This document shows, piece after piece, positions 36,463 to 45,796 of a stretch of DNA of 53,794 nucleotides; the first letter of the stretch is position 1, and each line of letters begins with the position of its first letter. The DNA is from a virus (Duplodnaviria > Caudoviricetes). The notes under the pieces were generated by a model that was not told where the DNA came from, ran no database searches, and saw nothing but the letters and a program-made list of their open reading frames with translations. The stretch lies in the IMG/VR virus record IMGVR_UViG_3300025141_009405, positions 1 through 53,794 of that record. One strand, written 5' to 3'. The position numbers were made by a program, and so were the translations under genes.

Positions 36463-39198
36463 ATGCAAGAATTAAATACAGAAAATATGACAGAAAAAGC
36501 TACTCCAGAGGAGATAGAAGCGTTTTTACTTGGTAATGACCCAGAAAAGTATATTGTAGCCTTGGAATATGGGTGGAGAAGTAGTAAAATATATAAAATA
36601 AAGGAGTATCCTGATAAGGGTAAGGTTATTGAGACGGACACATTTATACCGTTTTGTTGGGTAGGTGATTTAAGTAAAAAGAATTTTTATAACGGTAGTA
36701 AACAAGCTCAAAAACAAGCCATATCTAAACACGGTATTTTAATAGAAAAATTACATAGTGGTGACGATGAAAGGTTAAATAATGGTTTAACTTATTTAAT
36801 TAAAACAACAAAAACATATAGAGACTTGGTGAGTTTTTTTAGGCAAGGTGGTATAAATCCTTGGGATAGTGACAATAGAGATGCTATTATGATTCTACCA
36901 CCAATAGAACAATACTTGGTACAAAAAGAAAAAAGATTGTTTAAAGGTTTCGAGGAGTATGATGATATACATAGATTTGTTTTTGACCTCGAGACTACAG
37001 CATTAAATCCAGAAGATGGTAGAATTTTTATGATTGGGATGAAGGATAATAGAGGGTTTGAAAAAGTAATAGAAATTGGGGATAATGACTTAGAAGAATC
37101 TGAGGCAATATATAAATTTTTTGAAACTATTCAGGAGTTGCAACCTAGTATAATAGGTGGTTATAACTCATCTAATTTTGACTGGAATTGGCTTTTTAAA
37201 CGAGCAGAAATACTACAAATGGACACAAAAGAGTTTAAAACCCTAAATCCAAATGAAGGGTATAAGTTTAAAGACAGTGTTTTAAAGTTAGGTGCTGAAA
37301 TTGAGGACTACCAACAAATAAAAATATGGGGGTGTAATTCGTTAGATATTGCACATGCGGTAAGACGTGCACAAACAATTAATTCAGAAATAAAAAGTTG
37401 GGGACTAAAATACATAACTAAGTTTGCCAAATCAGAAAAGCCTAACCGAGTATACGTTGAGGGTGATAAAATAGCCTCAACACATAGGGAAAATAAAGAA
37501 TTTTATTTAAATGTTGAAAATGGAAAATATAAACCAGTTGGGTCTGAAGGTTTGTTTGATATAGATAAAAAGTTTCCGGACGTTTATAAAAAAGTTGGTG
37601 GTGCAGAAATTGTAGAACGATACTTAATGGACGATTTATGGGAAACCATGGAAGTAGACGGACAATTTAACCAGGCTTCGTTCTTACTAGCAAGTATGGT
37701 ACCAACATCATATGAAAGAGTATCAACAATGGGTACAGCGACTTTATGGAAAATGTTAATGTTGGCGTGGTCTTATCACAAAGGATTAGCGGTACCATCA
37801 AAAGACTCTAAAAGGCCTTTTGTAGGTGGACTTTCTAGACTTGTAAAAACAGGTTACTCTACTAACGTATTAAAGTTAGACTTTAGTTCACTTTACCCAT
37901 CAATACAATTAGTTCACAACGTATTTCCAGAATGTGATATTACAGATGCTATGAAAGGTATGTTAAAGTATTTTAGAGATACTAGAATTATGTATAAAAA
38001 TTTAGCTTCTGAATATTACACTAAAGATAAAAAGAAATCTGAGTCTTATGGTAGAAAGCAATTACCTATTAAAATTTTTATAAACTCTATGTTTGGTTCT
38101 TTGTCAGCTCCACAAGTTTTTCCTTGGGGTGATATGAATATGGGTGAAAAAGTAACTTGTACAGCTAGACAGTATCTAAGACAGATGGTTAGATTTTTTA
38201 TGGATAAAGGTTATGACCCATTGGTAATGGATACAGATGGTGTTAACTTTTCTTGTCCTCTAGATGTGGAGGATAGGTCTTATGTTGGTTTGGGTAATAA
38301 TGAATTAGTTAAAAAGGGTAAGGAGTATCAGGGTAGTGAGGCTGATGTTGCTGAATATAATGATTTATTTATGAGAGGTGAAATGGGGTTAGATACTGAT
38401 GGACAATGGCCTTCCTGTATTAACGTAGCTAGAAAAAATTATGCTTTATTAATGCCTAGTGGAGTTGTAAAATTAACTGGTAATTCTATTAAATCTAAAA
38501 AAATTCAGGGATACTTAGAGGAGTTTATAGATAAAGGACTTAGAATGTTATTAGAAGGTAGAGGTGGTGATTTTGTAGAATATTATTATGAGTACTTACA
38601 AAAAATCTACGATAGAGATATATTACTCGCAAAAATAGCTAATAAGTCTAGAGTAAAACAAACCATAGAATCTTATAAAAAAAGATGCACACAAAGAACA
38701 AAAGCTGGAAATTTAATGGCTAGACAAGCACATATGGAATTAGTTATATCTAATAACATACAGGTGTCTTTAGGGGATACCATTTACTACGTAAATAATG
38801 GTACAGCTATGTCACATGGTGATGTACAAAGAAAAAAGAAAAAAGATGGAACCGAAGAAATAGTCTTAAATTCATACTTAATATCTGAAAATGATTTAGA
38901 AAATGGGATGAAAGGAGAGTATAACGTACCTAGATATATCTCCACCTTCAATAAAAGAGTTGAACCCTTACTGGTTTGTTTTAAAAAAGAAGTTAGAGAT
39001 AGTTTATTAAAAAAGAATCCAGAAGATAGAGAATATTATACAAAAACTCAGTGTGAGTTAATTAATGGTGTACCTAGAAAAGAAGGTGACCAGGATTCAC
39101 TAGAAGAAATACTTACCTTATCACCAGAAGAAAAAGATTACTGGGTAAAAATGGAGTTGAGTGAAAATTACTTTATGGAAGAATTAGGAATTCTTTAG
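36463..39198 (+). CDS. Family B DNA polymerase
   Basis: Exo FDLET, GYNSSNFD, YLMDD. Pol DFSSLYPS, KIFINSMFG, MDTDG, KNYA. Confidence 0.95.
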   Translation: MQELNTENMTEKATPEEIEAFLLGNDPEKYIVALEYGWRSSKIYKIKEYPDKGKVIETDTFIPFCWVGDLSKKNFYNGSKQAQKQAISKHGILIEKLHSGDDERLNNGLTYLIKTTKTYRDLVSFFRQGGINPWDSDNRDAIMILPPIEQYLVQKEKRLFKGFEEYDDIHRFVFDLETTALNPEDGRIFMIGMKDNRGFEKVIEIGDNDLEESEAIYKFFETIQELQPSIIGGYNSSNFDWNWLFKRAEILQMDTKEFKTLNPNEGYKFKDSVLKLGAEIEDYQQIKIWGCNSLDIAHAVRRAQTINSEIKSWGLKYITKFAKSEKPNRVYVEGDKIASTHRENKEFYLNVENGKYKPVGSEGLFDIDKKFPDVYKKVGGAEIVERYLMDDLWETMEVDGQFNQASFLLASMVPTSYERVSTMGTATLWKMLMLAWSYHKGLAVPSKDSKRPFVGGLSRLVKTGYSTNVLKLDFSSLYPSIQLVHNVFPECDITDAMKGMLKYFRDTRIMYKNLASEYYTKDKKKSESYGRKQLPIKIFINSMFGSLSAPQVFPWGDMNMGEKVTCTARQYLRQMVRFFMDKGYDPLVMDTDGVNFSCPLDVEDRSYVGLGNNELVKKGKEYQGSEADVAEYNDLFMRGEMGLDTDGQWPSCINVARKNYALLMPSGVVKLTGNSIKSKKIQGYLEEFIDKGLRMLLEGRGGDFVEYYYEYLQKIYDRDILLAKIANKSRVKQTIESYKKRCTQRTKAGNLMARQAHMELVISNNIQVSLGDTIYYVNNGTAMSHGDVQRKKKKDGTEEIVLNSYLISENDLENGMKGEYNVPRYISTFNKRVEPLLVCFKKEVRDSLLKKNPEDREYYTKTQCELINGVPRKEGDQDSLEEILTLSPEEKDYWVKMELSENYFMEELGIL

Positions 39199-40245
39199 AC
39201 CATCAGAACTAACTATAACCCAAGACGATAAGTCCTCTACGTAAGAAAACTCAACACAACTATCCCCATCTAGATGTAATGATTCCCATTTCATATCTAT
39301 TAAACCATTATCTGGAACCACCTCCACATTTGACAAAGACTTAATTTTTAATTTTTTATCGTTTTTGGAATTTAAGGTTATTTTACAAGATTCAGTAACC
39401 ACCAATAAATCTTCACCATTACTAACATAATCACCATTAACTACTTTTGTTGTTGTGTCCGTTTCAGTGGTTGGCTCAATATAGAGGTTCATCCCGTCTT
39501 TGTATAATCCTTGTAAAAGGTTTAAGAGAGCAACTGACAATAATTTATATTGTATATTATCCGGTCTACCCTGTCCATCGTAAATAACTAATTCTTTAAA
39601 ACCCAATGCATCTAGTTCCTCAGCAATTAACCCAAAACCATCTGCTCCCGTTTCTATATACTTAAAGAAATAGGTATTTAAATCTAATAATGATTTATAT
39701 CTTTCACTACCTATATTTCTAAGAGATGTTTTGTATCTTTTTGAGGAGGAGGACCCCCTAACCACATTACCAGATTCGTCTATTTGTAAATCAACATTAC
39801 CAGTGGTGACGGTATCCAATAATAAACCAAGATTGCCTATTTGTACCGTACTCGCACTAATGCCAGGATTTGTCGATAAGCTACTGTTAGTACCACTCAA
39901 GGGAGGGGTGGGTAATTTGCCTATAGCTACAACTGGAGTATATCCTGTTATAGCAGAGAATGGTGTTATTGTCACCATAGATGATGCTGAGGTTGAGGAA
40001 TAGGGTGCTACCATAAATGTATAACCGGTAGTGGATGCCGTGTAGTTACAAGCACCACACATTTCCGTCCAGTCCTTACATTTATAAACCATAAAATCAC
40101 CACAACCTGTTATACCTAAACCAACGGTACAGGCAGAACCCACATCTAAATTTTGTTCAAAGGTTGAAGAGCCAGAAAATACACCGATTGTATCACCACT
40201 TTGTTTTAATTGCCTACTATAATCTACTTTAGTATAAAATCCCAT
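39184..40245 (-). CDS. Tail fibre/spike-like protein with peptidase S74-type intramolecular chaperone domain
   Basis: SSSKRYKTSL...FGLIAEEL...LVIYD...IQY...LL-x-x-LQ-x-L. S/T-rich N-terminus and an extra C-terminal domain. Confidence 0.7.
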   Translation of the reverse strand: MGFYTKVDYSRQLKQSGDTIGVFSGSSTFEQNLDVGSACTVGLGITGCGDFMVYKCKDWTEMCGACNYTASTTGYTFMVAPYSSTSASSMVTITPFSAITGYTPVVAIGKLPTPPLSGTNSSLSTNPGISASTVQIGNLGLLLDTVTTGNVDLQIDESGNVVRGSSSSKRYKTSLRNIGSERYKSLLDLNTYFFKYIETGADGFGLIAEELDALGFKELVIYDGQGRPDNIQYKLLSVALLNLLQGLYKDGMNLYIEPTTETDTTTKVVNGDYVSNGEDLLVVTESCKITLNSKNDKKLKIKSLSNVEVVPDNGLIDMKWESLHLDGDSCVEFSYVEDLSSWVIVSSDGLKNS

Positions 40246-40246
40246 G

Positions 40247-41383
40247 TTATATTACAAATATAGAACCAGGATTCATCGGTCTGTATCCTAGCGATTTATT
40301 TAGACTTTCAGCTTCAAGAGCTTTTCGCTCTAACATTTTATCATTTCGTAATCTTTCTAGTCTTGCCATTAATTCTTCTACTAGTTTTGCTATTTCATCT
40401 TTAGACTCACTAAGTAAGTCAGCGTATTCCATAGTTAGTTCAGAATCCGGTGTTTTAAGATTACCACTAAATTTACCTCTAACTCTACCTAACATTTCTT
40501 TTGCTTTAGCAAAAAAGTAACGTCTTACCCATGCTTGAGCTGGTGGGTTAAGTTCTGTAAAAGTCATTTCGTCTAAAGTTACATCACTAGGTAATAACAC
40601 AATATCTTTATTTTGTGCTAAACACTCGTCCCTGTTTTCAGGGCCAGAATCATAATACCAATACCATACTCTATGTTGGTTACTCATAATACTACCGAAA
40701 TCAAATCTTCCACCGGGTACATTGTATAAATGAACGTATTTAGGTCCATGGACACCACCAGCACCAGCAGTAATTCTGTATGTCATCTCACCACCAATCA
40801 GTCTATTCTTTAGATTTCTATCCTGCATTCTTAAAAGAATATCAAAAGCAGGCATTAAAAAATAGGAACCTTGGATACCCATCTGTGCAAAACCACCTGG
40901 ACCACCCATACCCATTCCACCCCCGAAACCACCAAAAGCACCTAAGAATGGGTCAATAAAAGATTCATTCAGTTCCGCTCTACTATACCACATAATTTCG
41001 TTAATTTCTCTTCCAGCTGGGATTTCATATATTTGAGTGTCCGCACTTAGATTAAAGTAGTCTTGTTTTAGTTGGTACGGACCTCCAGCTTGTAAACCGA
41101 CTATTTTAGAATAAGCGTAGGTAAATGATGTCTCAAAACTTAGGTCCCTAGTTAAGAAAGCACTAGTTAATGATATAACATCCAAGTCCTGACCATATAA
41201 TGATGACCACTGATTTTCTATTAACCAATCCTGTACATACTGACCATAGTCGAGTATCGCTAATTCAATAGCGGTATCCAACATTTCATCTTCAAGTTCA
41301 ACACCTCTAATAGGTGCACCTAACATGTGTCTTATTTGGTTAAATAGTTTTTCTCTTTTTGCTGGTTCAATTGTTGCTGGCAT
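40247..41383 (-). CDS. Neck/head completion protein, T4 gp13-like
   Basis: LGAPIRGVELEDE, WVRRYFFAKAKEMLGRVRGKF. Confidence 0.75.
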   Translation of the reverse strand: MPATIEPAKREKLFNQIRHMLGAPIRGVELEDEMLDTAIELAILDYGQYVQDWLIENQWSSLYGQDLDVISLTSAFLTRDLSFETSFTYAYSKIVGLQAGGPYQLKQDYFNLSADTQIYEIPAGREINEIMWYSRAELNESFIDPFLGAFGGFGGGMGMGGPGGFAQMGIQGSYFLMPAFDILLRMQDRNLKNRLIGGEMTYRITAGAGGVHGPKYVHLYNVPGGRFDFGSIMSNQHRVWYWYYDSGPENRDECLAQNKDIVLLPSDVTLDEMTFTELNPPAQAWVRRYFFAKAKEMLGRVRGKFSGNLKTPDSELTMEYADLLSESKDEIAKLVEELMARLERLRNDKMLERKALEAESLNKSLGYRPMNPGSIFVI

Positions 41384-41398
41384 AATATATCCTTTCTA

Positions 41399-41406
41399 TA
41401 TAAATA
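41399..41406 (-). promoter_or_regulatory. Putative late promoter motif TATTTATA
   Basis: 15 nt before ATG 41383. Confidence 0.6.
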
Positions 41407-41422
41407 CTTGGAAGTTGGCATT

Positions 41423-41448
41423 AAAAAAGGCCCTTAGTGAGGACCTTT
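41423..41448 (-). terminator. Terminator after 41477-42046 gene
   Basis: AAAGGTCCT-cacta-AGGGCCTTT followed by a T run on the minus strand. Confidence 0.7.
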
Positions 41449-41476
41449 AATTAATTATCTTATATATGTAGGTTAT

Positions 41477-42046
41477 TTAAGGGTTACCTTGATTTGCTTT
41501 TGCTTCTAATACAGATTTAATCCACTCAATATAACTATATAACTCTGCCAATTGTGCTTCTGTTAAATCTTCTAAACTTACCTCATTTTGATATGCTATA
41601 GGGATGTCCCTATCCATATTCTGTTCTTGTTCGTTTATTACCCGTTCAACAATTCTTTTTAATGTATCTTCATTAATCTTAATAACCTTACTTTCTCTTA
41701 CACCCTTTAGTGCATTATACATTCTTCCATAACCTTCAGACTTTTCATTTCTTTCAGTTACTTCGTTTTCTTCGTTCTGTTCTTTTTCTTCTATTTCACC
41801 ATCAGTGATGTTATCATATAAATCCTCTATATATCTTTTAGCGTTCTTAATTTTTTTATTCATAGCTTTTGTTATTGTAACATCACCTATTTTTTGACCT
41901 GTAGTAACCTGGTCTAATTTTTTTAACGCATCAAATGAGTTCTTTAAATCCTTCTTGAGTGCAGTTTCCGAACGAGCACTTTTTTCTTCAGTTAATGTAG
42001 TTAACTGTTTTTTAAGTTGTTTTTTTGTGAATTCTTTTTTATTCAT
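41477..42046 (-). CDS. Charged helical late protein with tag motif
   Basis: Contains ESKVIKINEDTLKRIVERVINEQ; has its own late motif and terminator. Confidence 0.55.
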   Translation of the reverse strand: MNKKEFTKKQLKKQLTTLTEEKSARSETALKKDLKNSFDALKKLDQVTTGQKIGDVTITKAMNKKIKNAKRYIEDLYDNITDGEIEEKEQNEENEVTERNEKSEGYGRMYNALKGVRESKVIKINEDTLKRIVERVINEQEQNMDRDIPIAYQNEVSLEDLTEAQLAELYSYIEWIKSVLEAKANQGNP

Positions 42047-42060
42047 AACAATTGTTTTTA

Positions 42061-42068
42061 TATAAATA
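42061..42068 (-). promoter_or_regulatory. Putative late promoter motif TATTTATA
   Basis: 14 nt before ATG 42046. Confidence 0.6.
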
Positions 42069-42085
42069 TAAGGAAAAGCTTGTTT

Positions 42086-43819
42086 TTACAAACCAAGTAA
42101 AATTTCACCTAAAATATCTTCTTCATTAATATTATCACCCATAACAGTGTCTATCACAGATTTCTTTTTATTAACTAATTCATATATGGTTCTTTCTATA
42201 GTATTGTCATAAATAGGGTATATACAAGATACTTTTTTATCTTGTCCTATTCTAAATGCACGGTCTTCACATTGAGACATATCAGATGGTACAAATGACA
42301 AGTCATTAAAGATTACAACTTCCGCAGCAGTTAAGGTAATACCCACCCCAGCTGCTTTTACATTTCCTATAAAAACTTTTACTTTGTCATCATTTTGGAA
42401 TCTATCTACACTTTCTTGTCTATCTTCTTTTTTCATAGTACCATTAAGGATTACCGATTCTTTTTTATATTTTTCATGTAAAGTCATTAATGGTTCTGTA
42501 AAATTAGTAAACACAATAACTTTTTTATCTTGTTGTAGACATTGTTCTATTAGTTGAGTTGTTTCCTTAACCTTCTCTAAAGCTATTATTTGTCTAACTT
42601 TCATAAGTTTGGAAAGTTGTATAGATAATCCCCTATTTCTATTTTGTCTTCTCCAGTCAAGGTAGTCACCCATTTCGTCCTCATAGGTCTTAGATTTTAA
42701 TTCCATATGAATTGGGGTGATAATCTTATCGGGTAAATCTAATACATCTTCTTTTAATCTACGTAAAACCTTATCATTAGTCTTGTCACGCAATTCCTCA
42801 AGATTAGTAGCACCAAAAGTTAACCATATTTTTCTATAACCCCTAAAGATTTGTTTACCATCACAATATCTTCTAACATAATTAATCCAATTATTAGCTA
42901 CTCTAGACCCAACTAACTTTAATAGATTATAGTAATTCATAGGACGAGATGTCATTGGGGTACCAGATAATAACCACAATCTATCTATTTTAGAGGTTAA
43001 GTTGTTAACTAATTTAGTTCTTTGAGCTTTTCCATTCGACACATAATGTGCTTCATCTATTATAACCAAGTCAAACTTAGAATCTAGAATTTGTTTTTTC
43101 TTATCTTTGTCTTTGGGTAAAGAGTGGTAGTTTTTAAGTATATCATAGTTAATGATTACATATTTACCATCCATCCATTTCTTACCTTCCACTATACCTA
43201 CAGTTTCATCCGTGTAGTTTTCTATTTCTCTTTTCCAGTTAACCTTTAATGAGGCGGGACAAATAATTAACACTTTTTTGACCTTACAACTTATACTAGC
43301 CATAATAGCAGAACTAGTTTTACCTAAACCCATATCATCAGCTAGGATATATTTCTTATTGGATACTAGTTTAGTTATAGCTGTTTTTTGGTGTTCGAAT
43401 GGTGGACGATGAGAAAACTCACCGAAATCCACCACAACATCAGGATTAGCTCTAGGAATAATCTGGTTTTTAGGTACCCAAAAAGCATTAAGAGAGTCCG
43501 ACTTAATAACCTTACCCCAAACATGATAAGCTTTCTCTGTTTCAGAAAGTAATTTCTCAATCCAAATAGATTTAGGTGGGGATTGTAAAAATTTTGTGGA
43601 CATATATTCTTTTGCTAAATAATCATCTATTTCCATCCACAACCTCACAACCTTAGGTTTTTCGATGTAATTTTTATTAATATAGTCTGCTTGTGAACGT
43701 GTTAATGTGAAGGTTTTACTATTCAGCATATTATTTCTGAGGCCTATAATGTAGTTATTGGCCCCACTATAATCCGCTAATGAATTCTTAGCTTTAATTT
43801 CTGGTGGGAAATTTTCCAT
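42086..43819 (-). CDS. SNF2-family helicase (HARP/SMARCAL1-like)
   Basis: LADDMGLGKT, DEAH, LSGTP, GVGITLT, QCEDRAFRIGQ. Confidence 0.92.
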   Translation of the reverse strand: MENFPPEIKAKNSLADYSGANNYIIGLRNNMLNSKTFTLTRSQADYINKNYIEKPKVVRLWMEIDDYLAKEYMSTKFLQSPPKSIWIEKLLSETEKAYHVWGKVIKSDSLNAFWVPKNQIIPRANPDVVVDFGEFSHRPPFEHQKTAITKLVSNKKYILADDMGLGKTSSAIMASISCKVKKVLIICPASLKVNWKREIENYTDETVGIVEGKKWMDGKYVIINYDILKNYHSLPKDKDKKKQILDSKFDLVIIDEAHYVSNGKAQRTKLVNNLTSKIDRLWLLSGTPMTSRPMNYYNLLKLVGSRVANNWINYVRRYCDGKQIFRGYRKIWLTFGATNLEELRDKTNDKVLRRLKEDVLDLPDKIITPIHMELKSKTYEDEMGDYLDWRRQNRNRGLSIQLSKLMKVRQIIALEKVKETTQLIEQCLQQDKKVIVFTNFTEPLMTLHEKYKKESVILNGTMKKEDRQESVDRFQNDDKVKVFIGNVKAAGVGITLTAAEVVIFNDLSFVPSDMSQCEDRAFRIGQDKKVSCIYPIYDNTIERTIYELVNKKKSVIDTVMGDNINEEDILGEILLGL

Positions 43820-43823
43820 ATTA

Positions 43824-43855
43824 AAAATATAATAAAAAGAGAAAAGAAAGACAAA
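43824..43855 (-). promoter_or_regulatory. Bacteroidota-type promoter of helicase
   Basis: TTTG-N20-TATATTTT, then 4 nt to ATG. Confidence 0.55.
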
Positions 43856-43858
43856 TTG

Positions 43859-43866
43859 TATTTATA
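43859..43866 (+). promoter_or_regulatory. Putative late promoter motif TATTTATA
   Basis: 17 nt before ATG 43884. Confidence 0.6.
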
Positions 43867-43883
43867 ATAAAAGGACATATTAT

Positions 43884-44399
43884 ATGGCAAATAAAAAAAT
43901 ACCTATTACACGGATATCTAGATTTTTTAGTTCTGAAGATTTTCAGTTAGAACAGAATGTAGGTATGGAGTGGTTACATGGTGATATGCATTTTACTTTA
44001 GTTTTATTTAGGGTTGATGCAAGACTTTCAGATGTAGATGATGTATATGGTGAATCTGGTCCAGAAGAAATTAGATATAAACCACCAGTAGAGTTTAATG
44101 CTTATGTTAAAATAGATGAACCAAAGCTTGATAGTTACGCGGGTGGGTTAGTTAAAGATTTAGAACCAGGGAATATGACTTTAGGTGTTTATATAAAACA
44201 TTTAAATGAATTAAATATAGACATTAATTATGGTGACTATATAGGTTATGCTGAAACGGAAAATAAAATGAGATATTATACCGTAACAAATGACGGTAGA
44301 GTAACATCTGATAATAAACACACTATAGGTGGGTATAAGGCTTTTTATAGAACTGTTATGTGTTCTTACGTAAGTCCTAATGAATTTAAAGGAGTATAA
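43884..44399 (+). CDS. Neck/head-closure protein, T4 gp14-like
   Basis: DDVYGES motif, beta-rich, located before tail completion and sheath genes. Confidence 0.55.
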   Translation: MANKKIPITRISRFFSSEDFQLEQNVGMEWLHGDMHFTLVLFRVDARLSDVDDVYGESGPEEIRYKPPVEFNAYVKIDEPKLDSYAGGLVKDLEPGNMTLGVYIKHLNELNIDINYGDYIGYAETENKMRYYTVTNDGRVTSDNKHTIGGYKAFYRTVMCSYVSPNEFKGV

Positions 44400-45472
44400 T
44401 GGCATTACCAAAGAAAGTAAAAAAGAGTTTGAATATATCTCCGGGACCAATCCAGGGACACTACCCTACTGGGTACAATGGCATAACTACACCTAATAGA
44501 AGAAAAGAACTCGCAAATTTAATAACTGAAGATGGGACCTATCTACCGAAGTCAGTACTACATGCAGATATGGATAGGGGTATGTTAGATTTTGTAGAAG
44601 AACAATTAAAAACTGTAAGTAATGGGAAAAAGATTAATGTTATAGATAGAATCCTTACACTACAAAGGTGGGGTGAGTTGGCACAAACATGGAAATTTTC
44701 TACAAAAGACAAAAACGTAGAACTACCTTTTATTGTGGTTGTTAGAAATCCAGAAGTGCAGTACGGCAGTAATCCAGCTTTACAATATACCATACCAGAT
44801 AGAAAACAGTTTCATTATGCAAAGGTACCAACCTGGGACGGTAACAGAAAAGGATATGATATATATACAATACCACAACCAGTTCCAGTCGATATAATAT
44901 ATGATGTAAAAATTATTTGTAATAGAATGAGAGAACTTAATAACTTTAATAGAGTGGTTCTACAAAAGTTCACATCTAGACAAGCTTACACATTTGTAAA
45001 AGGACACTACATACCAATTGTAATGAATTCTATAGGTGACGAAAGTAAGATAGATACTGAAGAAAGAAGATACTACCAACAAAACTATCAATTCCAACTA
45101 CAGGGATTTTTATTGGATGAGGAGGAGTTTGAGGTTAAACCAGCTATTAGTCGTGAGTTAGTGATGTTTGGTTTTGATGCAAAAGAAAGAAAAAAGGAAA
45201 GAAAGGGGTCACCTAAAAATCCAGATAAAGTCAATACTAAATTAACTTTTGACACTGGTGTTGATGAGTTAGTCCTTAACTACGATTATAAGGTTAATAT
45301 TTCAGCTTTAAGAATTAAAAATGTGGTTTCTTATTCCTTTTATATAAATGAAGTACCACATACTATTGATGAGGTATTAATGATAAACCCTGGTGATACG
45401 TTAGTGGTTGAGGTTGTTAAAAGTAATCCTGGACCTGCCACTTTAACACTACAAGAGAAATTAATATATTAA
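44399..45472 (+). CDS. Tail completion/sheath terminator, T4 gp15-like
   Basis: PQPVPVDIIYDVKII...ELN resembles the gp15 PVPY motif; consistent gene order. Confidence 0.55.
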   Translation: MALPKKVKKSLNISPGPIQGHYPTGYNGITTPNRRKELANLITEDGTYLPKSVLHADMDRGMLDFVEEQLKTVSNGKKINVIDRILTLQRWGELAQTWKFSTKDKNVELPFIVVVRNPEVQYGSNPALQYTIPDRKQFHYAKVPTWDGNRKGYDIYTIPQPVPVDIIYDVKIICNRMRELNNFNRVVLQKFTSRQAYTFVKGHYIPIVMNSIGDESKIDTEERRYYQQNYQFQLQGFLLDEEEFEVKPAISRELVMFGFDAKERKKERKGSPKNPDKVNTKLTFDTGVDELVLNYDYKVNISALRIKNVVSYSFYINEVPHTIDEVLMINPGDTLVVEVVKSNPGPATLTLQEKLIY

Positions 45473-45640
45473 TTATTCCCCGTAAATATCTCTTTTAGAT
45501 TTACAATTTATCCTTATTAGTTGTTCTACAAAAGCAAACATCTTAAGTCCGTTTTTTTTACAATACTCTTTTAGGGTAAAATGAACCTCTTCACTTATCT
45601 TTAAATTTTTTATTTTTGGTTTTTTGTCTTTGTTGGCCAT
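45473..45640 (-). CDS. Ribbon-helix-helix DNA-binding protein, 55 aa (not in ORF track)
   Basis: MANKDKKPKIKNLKISEEVHFTLKEYCKKNGLKMFAFVEQLIRINCKSKRDIYGE: beta strand KNLKI, helix, G-turn, helix. Confidence 0.7.
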   Translation of the reverse strand: MANKDKKPKIKNLKISEEVHFTLKEYCKKNGLKMFAFVEQLIRINCKSKRDIYGE

Positions 45641-45664
45641 TATAGAGGATATTTTTGCTATAAC

Positions 45665-45714
45665 TACTATATAGTATGAAAAAAGTATGAAAATTTACCT
45701 ACTAAGGGGTAAAT
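45665..45714. repeat. Operator-like cluster: palindrome, direct repeat and inverted repeat
   Basis: TACTATATAGTA (45665-45676); AGTATGAAAA x2 at 11-bp period (45673-45693); ATTTACC-N8-GGTAAAT (45693-45714). Confidence 0.55.
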
Positions 45715-45752
45715 ATAGTAATTTACTACGTAACTTTTGATAATACCCCTTG

Positions 45753-45760
45753 TATTTATA
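45753..45760 (+). promoter_or_regulatory. Putative late promoter motif TATTTATA
   Basis: 36 nt before sheath ATG 45797. Confidence 0.6.
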
Positions 45761-45796
45761 ATAAAGAAAATAAAATATTTTAAAAATTATAAAAAC

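Noticed and set aside
45737-45796. TTG start extending the sheath by 20 aa
   Set aside because: The extension overlaps the promoter motif and A-rich leader; MADGNKVFVSPGVY is the typical sheath N-terminus.
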